A DNA stretch of 64,000 nucleotides from an uncultured Acidobacteriota bacterium (GTDB lineage Bacteria; Acidobacteriota; Thermoanaerobaculia; UBA5066; Gp7-AA6), in the NCBI GenBank assembly GCA_963824165.1, contig CAWGOM010000017.1, forward strand, positions 153,278 through 217,277, written 5' to 3'. The notes under the pieces are model-generated. The model worked only from the letters and a program-made list of their open reading frames with translations. It had not been told where the DNA came from and made no database searches. Below are positions 1 through 8,343 of the stretch, one piece after another. Each line of letters opens with the position of its first letter. Positions within the stretch are counted from its first letter, which is position 1. The translations under genes and the position numbers were made by a program.

Positions 1-457
1 TCCGGTACGCCAGGCCCCGTTCCCACATCCGCAGGAACAGCCACTGGTTCCACCGGTAGTACGCCGGGTCGCACGAGGCGAGCTCCTTGGACCAGTCGTA
101 CAGGCATCCCAGGCTGTAGAGCTGCTCCTTCATGCGGCCGATGTTGGCGAGCGTGTGCTCCCGCGGGTGGACGCCGCTCTGGATGGCCGCGTTCTCGGCC
201 GGCAGGCCGAAGGCGTCCCAGCCCATGGGGTTCAGGGCCTTGCGGCCGGCCATGCGCTCCCGGCGATAGAGCGCGTCCCCGAGAATGTAGTTGCGCCCGT
301 GTCCCACGTGCAGGCGGCTGCCCGACGGATACGGGTACATGTTGAGCATGTAGAACTCGTCGCCGGGCACGGACGTGTCCACGTAGGCCACGCGCGCCTC
401 GGCCCAGCGCTTCTGCCACTGGCCCTCGATCTCGCCGGGAGCGTATTTCTCCGCCAT
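1..457 (-). CDS. leuS: Leucine--tRNA ligase, N-terminal part (runs off the window)
   Basis: Manual translation from ATG 457: MAEKYAPGEIEGQWQKRW...YMLNMYPYPSGSRLHVGHGRNY (HIGH-type motif)...NPMGWDAFGLPAENAAI, characteristic of LeuRS. Confidence 0.95.
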   Translation of the reverse strand, partial: MAEKYAPGEIEGQWQKRWAEARVAYVDTSVPGDEFYMLNMYPYPSGSRLHVGHGRNYILGDALYRRERMAGRKALNPMGWDAFGLPAENAAIQSGVHPREHTLANIGRMKEQLYSLGCLYDWSKELASCDPAYYRWNQWLFLRMWERGLAYR

Positions 458-513
458 CGGAGCGGGCAATATACCCGAACGCTCACGCGCCGGCGGTCGC
501 GTGTGCTGGTACC

Positions 514-623
514 GAAGTCTCGATGGCGGCGCCAAGGTGAGCCATCCGCAAAACGGCTCCTGGCCCTGTCGCCAGGCGACACCGACGCGCCAGGCCGTCG
601 ATCAGACCCGGTTCCGAGACGTT
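514..623. ncRNA. Putative structured non-coding RNA or palindromic element of unknown family
   Basis: Intergenic. Closing stem GTCTCG(517-522)/CGAGAC(615-620); hairpin GATGGC/GCCATC; stem CGG-CCTGGC/GCCAGG-CCG with apical TGTCGC-CAG-GCGACA. No family recognised. Confidence 0.3.
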
Positions 624-1404
624 AGTTCGAGCCGCCCGCGGGCCGCACGCGGAGCGTCGCCTCGGGCAACCGCCGCACCGGAAAGTTGAGCTGGCCCGAG
701 CTCTCGACCGACGTGAGCGTCAGGTCGCGCGGCCGCTCGAAGGCCCGGCGGCCGAACGCGACGTACCGTGCGTCGACGGCGTTGATCGAGGAGAAGGGGT
801 CCGAGAAGACGAACCCGCGGTCCGGGTAGTAGATCTCGATCCAGCGGTGGTACACGCCACCGATGCGGGCGTCGTAGCCGTCGCTGCCCGGCTTCGTCCG
901 CAGGATGCCCTGGACCGTGCGCGCCAGTATCCCGACCCGGCGGAGCAGATCGACGGCGAGCTCGGAGAAGCCCACGCAGTGCGCACGGCGCGACGCGAAG
1001 ACCGAGGCCGGGTCCTGGCGCCGGCTCCGGTCCGCATCGTATCGGACGAACGACGCCATCCCCGAGAGGACGCGCTCCACGGCCTCGGCCTGGAAAGCCG
1101 AGTCGGCGGCCAGGCTGCGCGAGAACGCGTCCCGTTCCGGCGAGGGCGTGAGGGCGGCGTCGCGCGCGGCGCCCGTCGGGAAAGGAGCGCGGCTCGAGAG
1201 CGGCCCGTCGGCCACGCGGACCGTCAGGTCGAGACCGCCGTCGCTGCGCGGAGATACCGCCAGGGAGTAGCCGTCGTTGTCGTACTGGTCGAAGAGGCGC
1301 GCGTCCGGCCCGGCCGCCCGGTAGACCGCGAGCTCGTCCGCGCCGGCCCCGGGGGGGGCCAGGAGCGCCGCCGCGAGCAGAAGCGCCGCGTGCGCGCGCC
1401 TCAC
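622..1404 (-). CDS. Secreted transglutaminase-like (Cys-His-Asp) domain protein
   Basis: GTG start overlaps nusB stop (GTGA); signal-like N-terminus (AALLLAAALLAPPGAGA); motifs AHCVGFSEL, YHRWIEIY, SDP. Confidence 0.75.
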   Translation of the reverse strand: MRRAHAALLLAAALLAPPGAGADELAVYRAAGPDARLFDQYDNDGYSLAVSPRSDGGLDLTVRVADGPLSSRAPFPTGAARDAALTPSPERDAFSRSLAADSAFQAEAVERVLSGMASFVRYDADRSRRQDPASVFASRRAHCVGFSELAVDLLRRVGILARTVQGILRTKPGSDGYDARIGGVYHRWIEIYYPDRGFVFSDPFSSINAVDARYVAFGRRAFERPRDLTLTSVESSGQLNFPVRRLPEATLRVRPAGGSN

Positions 1405-1823
1405 GAGGACGGGACCTCGCCGCGGCGTCCCTTGAGGACCCCGTCGAGAATGCCGTTGATGAACTGCGAGGACTTGGGGGTGGAGAACCGCTTCGCGATC
1501 TCGAGGGCCTCGTCGATCACGACCGGCCGCGGCGTCTCCGGCTCGTGGAGGAGCTCGAAGAGGGCCAGGCGCAGGATGTTCCGGTCGACGACGGGCATCC
1601 GAGCCAGCCGCCAGTGGTCGGCCTGCCGCGAGATCAGCGCGTCGAGGTCCTCGCGGTGGAGAAGCGTGCCCGCGACCAGCCGGCGGGTGAAGTCCGCGAT
1701 CCCCTCGGAGGCCTTCTTCAGGTCGTCGGACCGTCGGAACATCTCCTGCGGCTCCGTCCCGGAGACGTCGTGCTCGTAGAGCATCTGGAGCGCGAGCTCC
1801 CGCGCCTTGCGCCTCGCCCCCAC
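1401..1823 (-). CDS. nusB: Transcription antitermination factor NusB
   Basis: RRKARELALQMLY...DRNILRLALFEL...VVIDEALEIAKRFS...FINGILD; follows ribH. Confidence 0.95.
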   Translation of the reverse strand: MGARRKARELALQMLYEHDVSGTEPQEMFRRSDDLKKASEGIADFTRRLVAGTLLHREDLDALISRQADHWRLARMPVVDRNILRLALFELLHEPETPRPVVIDEALEIAKRFSTPKSSQFINGILDGVLKGRRGEVPSS

Positions 1824-2315
1824 CTACTTGACCTTCAGTTGCCGGCGCAGGTTCGCCATCTCGACGGCGGCCTCGGCCGCCTCGATGCCCTTGTCCGTGC
1901 GGCTGCGGGCCTGTTCCATCGTGTCGCACGTCAGGATGCCGAACCCGACGGGCACGCCCGCCTCGAGCGAGAGCGAGGCGAGGGCGGATGCGACGGCGTG
2001 CCCGAGGACCTCGTGGTGGGTCGTCTCCCCGCGGATGATGGCCGCGAGCGCGACCAGAGCGTGGGGCTTGACGGAATCGAGGAGCGCCCGCGCCCCGGCC
2101 GCGACCTCGAACGCCCCCGGCACCCGAGCGACCGAGACGTCCTCGGCCTTCGCGCCGCGGCGGCGCAGGGTGTCGAGCGCGGCCGTCAGGAGCGCGTCGG
2201 TGACCGTGGGGTTCCAGCGCGCGCAAACGACGCCGACGCGCAGTCCCGAGGCGTCGAGGCTTCCCTCGTACTGCTTCGGCGAAAAAGACACCGCCACGCG
2301 GCGCGGAACGCGCAT
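1824..2315 (-). CDS. ribH: 6,7-dimethyl-8-ribityllumazine synthase (start uncertain; GTG 2297 is an alternative)
   Basis: GLRVGVVCARWN...VPGAFEV...IIRGETTHHEV...PVGFGILTCDTMEQA; ribH-nusB synteny. Confidence 0.93.
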   Translation of the reverse strand: MRVPRRVAVSFSPKQYEGSLDASGLRVGVVCARWNPTVTDALLTAALDTLRRRGAKAEDVSVARVPGAFEVAAGARALLDSVKPHALVALAAIIRGETTHHEVLGHAVASALASLSLEAGVPVGFGILTCDTMEQARSRTDKGIEAAEAAVEMANLRRQLKVK

Positions 2316-2347
2316 GCTCAAAGGACCATCCTCGTTGAAGAAAGGGA

Positions 2348-2353
2348 ATTGTA
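2348..2353 (-). promoter_or_regulatory. Putative -10 box (TACAAT) for ribH-nusB
   Basis: TACAAT on the minus strand within a short AT-rich intergenic stretch upstream of ribH. Confidence 0.45.
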
Positions 2354-2368
2354 ACCCGGGCGGCCGGG

Positions 2369-3358
2369 TCAGGAGAACAGCCGGGCGAGCTCCGGCGTGT
2401 CGCCGAAGTTGCGGCGGTAGCGCTCGAGGAACTCGGCCGGCGTGTATCGAGGCGGCTGGGGCCCCAGCGCCTCGAGACCGAAGACCGCGTTGACGCTGCC
2501 GATCCGGCCGGCCACCGGCCAGGGCGCCCCGATCCGGAGGCCCCGCAGGAGACCGGCCCGGTACATGTCGCCCACCCCGGTGGGGTCGACGGCCTCGCCT
2601 TCGACCCGCGCCGGCGGGATCGCGTGCGCGGCCCGGCCGCCCGCGGACTCGGCGACGTGGATCGTCGAGCCGTCGGCCCCGCTCGTCACGATCACGGTCG
2701 GCACGCGCTCGAGCATCTGCTCGCGCGTCAGGCCGGTCTTGTGGGTGAGGATGCCGAACTCGTACTCGTTCACGATCAGGATCGCGGCGCCGCGGAATCC
2801 CTCCGCCATCTCCTCCCCCGACAGCCGCGTGACCTGCTGGCTCGGGTCGTAGAGGAAAGGGATGCGGTGCCGCCGGCAGGCCTCGGCGTAGGCGGCCATC
2901 GCCGGCGGGTCGTTGGGCGAGATCACGACGAAGGCGATCGACGCCGGGTCGAGCGACTCGAGCGGAAGCTCGCGCGCCCGCGCCATCGCGCCGGTGTAGA
3001 ACGAGGCGAGCTGGTTCTGGTCCTGGTCCGTCGAGACGAAGAACGAGGCCGTGAACAGGTCGCTCTCCAGCCGCAGACCCTCGACGTCGACGCCCTCCTG
3101 GGCCAGCCGCTCGCGGTAGTCGGCGGCGTCGGCGCCGGCCGTGGCCAGCAGGGCCGGACGTTCGCCCAGGAGCGACAGCCCGTAGGCGATGTTGGGGCCG
3201 CAGCCGCCGGGCACCCGCCGCATCTCGTCGACGAGGAACGACACGGACAGGCGCGACATCCGATCGGGAATCAGGTGCTCGGTGAACCGGCCCGGAAACG
3301 TCATCAGGTAGTCGAACGCCACCGAACCCGTCACCACGATGCGGCCCTCGGTCTTCAC
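2369..3358 (-). CDS. PfkB-family carbohydrate/nucleoside kinase, adenosine kinase-like
   Basis: IVVTGSVAFDYLMTFPGRF...GGCGPNIAY and VDPTGVGDMYRAG PfkB signatures; resembles mycobacterial AdoK; GTG overlaps mtnP stop. Confidence 0.85.
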   Translation of the reverse strand: MKTEGRIVVTGSVAFDYLMTFPGRFTEHLIPDRMSRLSVSFLVDEMRRVPGGCGPNIAYGLSLLGERPALLATAGADAADYRERLAQEGVDVEGLRLESDLFTASFFVSTDQDQNQLASFYTGAMARARELPLESLDPASIAFVVISPNDPPAMAAYAEACRRHRIPFLYDPSQQVTRLSGEEMAEGFRGAAILIVNEYEFGILTHKTGLTREQMLERVPTVIVTSGADGSTIHVAESAGGRAAHAIPPARVEGEAVDPTGVGDMYRAGLLRGLRIGAPWPVAGRIGSVNAVFGLEALGPQPPRYTPAEFLERYRRNFGDTPELARLFS

Positions 3359-4218
3359 AGGTATCTCCCCACGATCGGCCGGAGCCGCCGTCTTGCCGTC
3401 TCCGGGATCGCCTCCCGGTCGGTGATGATCGCGAAGCGCATCGCATCGCGGCAGCCGCAGGCGCGGGCCGGGTCGACGCGCGACACCGCCTCTGCCAGCG
3501 ACCGCCGGGCGGCCAGGGCGTTCTCCGCGAGGACCGCGAGGATGGCCTCGACCGTCACGTCCTCCTCGGCCTCGTGCCAGCAGTCGTAGTCGGTCACGAG
3601 CGCGAGGCTCGCGTAGCAGAGCTCCGCCTCGCGGGCGAGCCGCGCCTCCGTCAGGTTGGTCATCCCGATGACGTCGGCGCCCCACGCCCGGTAGAGCAGC
3701 GACTCCGCGCGCGTCGAGAACTGAGGGCCCTCCATGCAGACGTAGGTGCCTCCCCTGCGCACGGTGAGGCCCCCGTCCCGGGCGCCCGCCTCGAGGGCCT
3801 CCGCCAGCGAGGGGCAGACCGGATCGGCGAGCCCGGCATGGGCGACGGCGCCCTCGCCGAAGAAGGTGTCCGCGCGGTGCCGCGTGCGGTCGATGAACTG
3901 GTCCGGAATCACGGCCTGCCGGGGCGCCAGCTCCTCGCGCAGGCTGCCGCACGCTGAGGCCGAGAGGATCGCGTCGCAGCCGAGCAGCTTGAAGCCGCAG
4001 ACGTTCGCTCGATAGTTGATCTCCGACGGCGAGACCCGGTGGCCCCGGCCGTGGCGCGACAGGAACGCCACCGGGACGCCGGCGAGCGTGCCGGTCATGT
4101 AGGCATCCGACGGGCGGCCGAAGGGCGTGTCGACCGTCTCCTCGCGCAGGCCCTCGATCGCCGAGAGATCGTAGACGCCGCTGCCGCCGATGAGCCCGAT
4201 GCGCGCGCGGTCCGTCAA
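3355..4218 (-). CDS. mtnP: S-methyl-5'-thioadenosine phosphorylase
   Basis: IGLIGGSG, TPFGRPSD, FLSRHGRGH, INYRAN, EGPQFSTRAES, IGMTNLTEARLARE, VTDYDCW. Confidence 0.93.
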   Translation of the reverse strand: MTDRARIGLIGGSGVYDLSAIEGLREETVDTPFGRPSDAYMTGTLAGVPVAFLSRHGRGHRVSPSEINYRANVCGFKLLGCDAILSASACGSLREELAPRQAVIPDQFIDRTRHRADTFFGEGAVAHAGLADPVCPSLAEALEAGARDGGLTVRRGGTYVCMEGPQFSTRAESLLYRAWGADVIGMTNLTEARLAREAELCYASLALVTDYDCWHEAEEDVTVEAILAVLAENALAARRSLAEAVSRVDPARACGCRDAMRFAIITDREAIPETARRRLRPIVGRYL

Positions 4219-5180
4219 GCCGTGGCCCCCGCGAGGCCCGACCGGTGCCGTTCGATCGCCTCGAGCACCCGGTGGGCGAGCACGAGCGCGTCCCGGCCGA
4301 CCTCCCCGGAGACGACCGTGTCCCGCCGCTCGCGCACGGCCCCCGCGAAGTCCGACAGCTCGCGGGCGAGCGGGTCGCCCGGTCCGACCGGCACGTCGAC
4401 GGACACGATCTCCGGTCCCCCGGAGCCGCGCCCGAGCTCCAGGGCGCGGACGGTGCGGGCGTGCATGTCGACCGAGCAGTACAGCGGCGGCGCAAAGACC
4501 CGGAGCCGGCGCATCCGCTCGGAAGACACGCGCGAGGCGGTCAGCGTCGCCACGCAGCCGCCCTCGAACTCGAGCCGCGCGTTGGCGATGTCGATCCGCG
4601 GCGTCACGACGGGCATGCCCACCGCGCGGATCTCGCGCACCGGCCGGCGGACGAGATCCGCGACGATCTGCAGGTCGTGGATCATGAGGTCGAGGACGAC
4701 GTCGACGTCGAGGCTCCGCGGCGTGAAGATGCCGAGGCGGTGGCCCTCGATGTAAACCGGCGTCCGGCCGGTCGCGAGCAGGGCCTCGATGGCGGGGTTG
4801 TACCGCTCGACGTGCCCCACGGCCAGAACGCGCGACTTGCGCCGCGCCAGCTCGACGAGCGCGGAGGCCTCCGCGACCTCCGGGGCCAGCGGCTTCTCCA
4901 TGAGGACGTCGAGGCCGCGGTCGAGGAAGAAGCGGCCCAGTTCGCCGTGGGAGCTCGTCGGCGTCGCGACGACGACGGCCTCCGCGGCCTCGGCCACCTC
5001 CTCGCGGCCCGAGAGGACCCGCAGGCCCCGCTCGCGCGCCACCTCCTCGGCCCGGCCCTCGTGGTGGTCGTGGATGCCGACGAGTGCGATGCCCGGCAGC
5101 TCCCCGGCCACCCGCGCGTGAAGGCGCCCGAGGTGTCCGACGCCGACGACGGCGAGCCGCACCGGAGCGGCGGACGTCAC
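4215..5180 (-). CDS. Gfo/Idh/MocA oxidoreductase, GnnA-like (putative UDP-GlcNAc 3-dehydrogenase)
   Basis: VVGVGHLG Rossmann motif, MEKP, VGHVERYNPA, DVVLDLMIHDL, TLTASRVS; translationally coupled to lpxA. Confidence 0.8.
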   Translation of the reverse strand: MTSAAPVRLAVVGVGHLGRLHARVAGELPGIALVGIHDHHEGRAEEVARERGLRVLSGREEVAEAAEAVVVATPTSSHGELGRFFLDRGLDVLMEKPLAPEVAEASALVELARRKSRVLAVGHVERYNPAIEALLATGRTPVYIEGHRLGIFTPRSLDVDVVLDLMIHDLQIVADLVRRPVREIRAVGMPVVTPRIDIANARLEFEGGCVATLTASRVSSERMRRLRVFAPPLYCSVDMHARTVRALELGRGSGGPEIVSVDVPVGPGDPLARELSDFAGAVRERRDTVVSGEVGRDALVLAHRVLEAIERHRSGLAGATA

Positions 5181-5956
5181 TTGATGAAGCCCCGCTCGCT
5201 CGCCTTGATGAATCGGACGAGCTCCTCGACGTCGGGCTGCCCGGAGAGCTCCTCCGCGATCCGCTCCAGCGCCTGGCTCGTGTTCAGCTTCGACTTGACG
5301 AGGAACCGGTACGCCTTCTGCAGCGCGTCGATGCGCTCGTCGGAGAAGCCGTTGCGCTTCAAGCCGATCGAATTGAGGCCGTACGTGCGGGCGTCCAGGC
5401 CGTCGGTGCGGCAGAACGGGAGCACATCCTGCCGGCAGCCCGTGTACGCCCCGAGAAACGCGTAGGCCCCGACGCGGCAGAACTGGTGGATGGCGTTGAA
5501 GGCCCCGATGATCGCGTGGTTCCCGACCTCCACGTGGCCGGCGAGGACGGCCGAGTTCGCCATGACCACCTTCGAGCCGATGTGGTTGTCGTGCCCGACG
5601 TGGGTGTAGTTCATGAAGTAGTTGTCGTCGCCGATCACGGTCTCGGCATTCCCGCTGGCGGTGCCCCGATGCACGGTCGTGAACTCGCGGAAGACGTTGC
5701 GCGACCCGACCACGAGCCGCGTCCGTTCGCCCCGGTACTTCAGGTCCTGCGGCTCGAACCCCAGCGCGGCGTGCGAGAAGATGCGGTTCTCCTCCCCGAA
5801 GACCGCGGGCCCCTGGACCGAGGCGTGCGCGCCCACGGTGGTCCGTGCGCCGAGCGTGACGCCTTCCCCGATGACCGCGTAGGGACCGACCTCGACGCCC
5901 TCCCCGAGCACCGCCCCGTCGGCCACGACCGCCGTGGGATGGATGGCGGTCGTCAC
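5177..5956 (-). CDS. lpxA: Acyl-ACP--UDP-N-acetylglucosamine O-acyltransferase
   Basis: IHPTAVVA, hexapeptide repeats, [32 protein letters not shown]. Confidence 0.95.
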   Translation of the reverse strand: MTTAIHPTAVVADGAVLGEGVEVGPYAVIGEGVTLGARTTVGAHASVQGPAVFGEENRIFSHAALGFEPQDLKYRGERTRLVVGSRNVFREFTTVHRGTASGNAETVIGDDNYFMNYTHVGHDNHIGSKVVMANSAVLAGHVEVGNHAIIGAFNAIHQFCRVGAYAFLGAYTGCRQDVLPFCRTDGLDARTYGLNSIGLKRNGFSDERIDALQKAYRFLVKSKLNTSQALERIAEELSGQPDVEELVRFIKASERGFIK

Positions 5957-6390
5957 GGGCGGTCCACCAGGACCGACAGCAGCTCCGCCTCCGCGCAGAG
6001 CGCGCCGTCGACGGTGGCCGTCGCCCGGCACTTGCAGACCCGCGTCTTGAGCGACACGATTTCGGCCTCGATCCGCAGCTGGTCGCCCGGAACGACCGGC
6101 CGCCGGAACTTGCAGCGGTCGACACCCGAAAGGTAGAGGAGCTTGCGCTCCTTGTCCGGCACGACCCCGAGCAGGGCGATGCCGGCCACCTGCGCCATGG
6201 CCTCGAGGACGAGCACGCCGGGCATGACCGGGTTGCCCGGGAAGTGTCCCTGGAAGAACTCCTCGTTGAAGGTGACGTTCTTGATGCCGACGACCCGCTT
6301 GCCCGGCTCGAGCTCGAGGATCCGGTCCACCAGCAGGAACGGATACCGGTGGGGCAGGATCTTGAGGATCTCGCCGATCCGAATCTCCAC
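5953..6390 (-). CDS. fabZ: 3-hydroxyacyl-ACP dehydratase
   Basis: [44 protein letters not shown]. Confidence 0.96.
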   Translation of the reverse strand: MEIRIGEILKILPHRYPFLLVDRILELEPGKRVVGIKNVTFNEEFFQGHFPGNPVMPGVLVLEAMAQVAGIALLGVVPDKERKLLYLSGVDRCKFRRPVVPGDQLRIEAEIVSLKTRVCKCRATATVDGALCAEAELLSVLVDRP

Positions 6391-6398
6391 GTCTCCTC

Positions 6399-7472
6399 CT
6401 ATCCCAGCTTCTTCTCGATCGCGGCCAGCCGTTCCAGGGCCCGTTCGAGCCGTCCGAGCAGGGCCGCGCGGCGAAGAAACTCGCGGTGCGGCAGTGCCGG
6501 CATTCCGGAGAGTACCGCGCCCGCCTCGACGCGGCCCTGGCGCGCAATGCCCGCCTGGCCGGTCAGCGTCGCGCCGTCGCCGATCCGCACGTGGTCGGAG
6601 ACGCCGACCTGCCCCGCCAGCGTGACCCCGCGGCCGAGCGTCGAGGAGCCCCCGACGCCCGCCTGGCCGCACAGGATGGAGTGCTCGCCGACGGTCACGT
6701 TGTGGCCGATCTGCACGAGGTTGTCGATCTTGGTCCCCCGCCCGATCCGGGTCTCCCCCAGCGTCGCGCGGTCGACCGCCGCGTTGGCCCCGATCTCCAC
6801 GTCGTCTTCGAGCCGCGCGATCCCCACCTGAGGGACCTTGCGGTGGGCCGAGCCGTCCCACACGTACCCGAAGCCGTCCGACCCGACGACCGCGCCCGCC
6901 TGGAGCACGCAGCGCGATCCGATGACGCAGCCGGCGAGGACCGCGGCGTTGGGGTGGAGGATGCAGTCCTCTCCGAGGACGGCGCTCTCTCCGACGAAGG
7001 CGCCGGCGGCGATGGACGTCCGGGCGCCCACGCGGGCCCCCGCCGAGACCGTCGCGCCCGCGGCGACGGAAACGCCGGGCGCGAGCCGGGCCGATCGGTG
7101 GACGAACGCGCCTCGCGCGACACCCGGCTTCGGCCGCGGAGCCGGGCGAAACACCTCGAGCCAGCGGCCGAGCGCGAGATCGGGGCGCTCGACGACGACG
7201 CAGGGCTTTCCGCCGGCGAGTCTCTCGTCGGGGACGAGGAGAGCCCCGGCGCCGCTTACGGCGGCCTGCCCGGCGCGGCGCTCGTCGGCCACCCACGACA
7301 GGTCCGACGGCCCCGCGGATTCGAGGGGGCCCACTCCGGTCAGGAGCAGCGCCCTGCCGCGCACGCGGCCGCCAACCGCCGCGGCGACGTCGGCCAGGGT
7401 GAAGGCGGTCCGAGGCGCCGCGGGAGGCCGCGGCCTGCCCTTCCCCCGGATCGGGTGCTTCGAGCGGGCCAC
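6399..7472 (-). CDS. lpxD: UDP-3-O-(3-hydroxyacyl)glucosamine N-acyltransferase
   Basis: Hexapeptide repeats, [26 protein letters not shown]. Confidence 0.95.
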   Translation of the reverse strand: MARSKHPIRGKGRPRPPAAPRTAFTLADVAAAVGGRVRGRALLLTGVGPLESAGPSDLSWVADERRAGQAAVSGAGALLVPDERLAGGKPCVVVERPDLALGRWLEVFRPAPRPKPGVARGAFVHRSARLAPGVSVAAGATVSAGARVGARTSIAAGAFVGESAVLGEDCILHPNAAVLAGCVIGSRCVLQAGAVVGSDGFGYVWDGSAHRKVPQVGIARLEDDVEIGANAAVDRATLGETRIGRGTKIDNLVQIGHNVTVGEHSILCGQAGVGGSSTLGRGVTLAGQVGVSDHVRIGDGATLTGQAGIARQGRVEAGAVLSGMPALPHREFLRRAALLGRLERALERLAAIEKKLG

Positions 7473-7494
7473 GGCGCCTCGGTCCCGGCCTGCG

Positions 7495-8133
7495 TTACGG
7501 CTTCTTGGTGGGGGCCGGCGCCGGGGCCGGCTTGGCGCCCGCCGCGGCGGGCTTCGCGGCCGCCGAGGTGTCCGCGGGCTTGGCCGCGGGCATGGCGACG
7601 GTCGTGTTGAAGACCTTCAGGACGTCGTCGGTGATGTCCACCGAATCCTCGGCGTAGACCAGGCCCGACTGAAACTTGTTGAAGACGAGCGTGAAGCCTT
7701 TCTCCTTGCCGACCTGGTTGATGACCGGGAAGACGCGCCGCTCGAGGTCCGCGAGCTCCTTCTTCTGGGCCGTCTCGAGCTCGCGGGTGGCGTCGTCCTG
7801 GAACCGCTTGAAGGCGATCGCCTTCTCCTGGTACGACTTCTGGAGAGCGTCCCGCTTGTCCTCGGCCAGGGCCGCGCCCTGGTCGGCGAGCTTCTGCTCC
7901 AGGTCCCGCAGCTCTTTCTGGAGCTTCTCGCCCTCGTCCTTCTTCTGGTCGTTGAGCTTCTTGACCCGGTTGAACGCCTCTTTACCGAGCGCCGACTCCT
8001 GCACGAGGCGCTCGACGTTGATCACGCCGATCTTCATCGGCGCGCCGCCCGGCGTCACCGCGCCCGTGGACCCCTGAGCACCGGCGACCGCCGCGACGAG
8101 TACGGCCGCCACCGTCAAGACAAAGCGTTTCAT
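7495..8133 (-). CDS. skp: Periplasmic OMP chaperone Skp/OmpH
   Basis: Signal peptide, [11 protein letters not shown], coiled coil, DITDDVLK; lies between bamA and lpxD. Confidence 0.88.
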   Translation of the reverse strand: MKRFVLTVAAVLVAAVAGAQGSTGAVTPGGAPMKIGVINVERLVQESALGKEAFNRVKKLNDQKKDEGEKLQKELRDLEQKLADQGAALAEDKRDALQKSYQEKAIAFKRFQDDATRELETAQKKELADLERRVFPVINQVGKEKGFTLVFNKFQSGLVYAEDSVDITDDVLKVFNTTVAMPAAKPADTSAAAKPAAAGAKPAPAPAPTKKP

Positions 8134-8171
8134 TCCGTCTCCTTCTTCACAATCCTTGGCGAAAGCGCGGA

Positions 8172-8199
8172 AGTGTAGCAAAAACCACCGCTTAGACAA
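8172..8199 (-). promoter_or_regulatory. Putative sigma70 promoter for skp-lpxD
   Basis: TTGTCT, 16-nt spacer, TACACT on the minus strand. Confidence 0.55.
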
Positions 8200-8343
8200 C
8201 AGGGCACCTTTTGGCCCCATTCCAGCCCTTCTGACTCCCCCCGTCACGCCCGCGCCCGGCCCGCGCCCGGCACGCGCCCCCGCCGACCGCCTCTCCCCCT
8301 CCGGGCCGTCGATCCCCGCTCTCGTCGGCGCGTCGAGCGCCGC

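Noticed and set aside
500-520. T-box riboswitch upstream of leuS (TGGTACCG)
   Set aside because: The match is on the plus strand, opposite to leuS; no specifier stem or terminator is present; leuS has a -10 box only 10 nt upstream of its start.
536-575. c-di-GMP-I riboswitch (CGCAAAA..GGCTCCTGGCC resemblance)
   Set aside because: It lacks the GNRA-capped P2 stem and tetraloop receptor, and no gene lies downstream on that strand.
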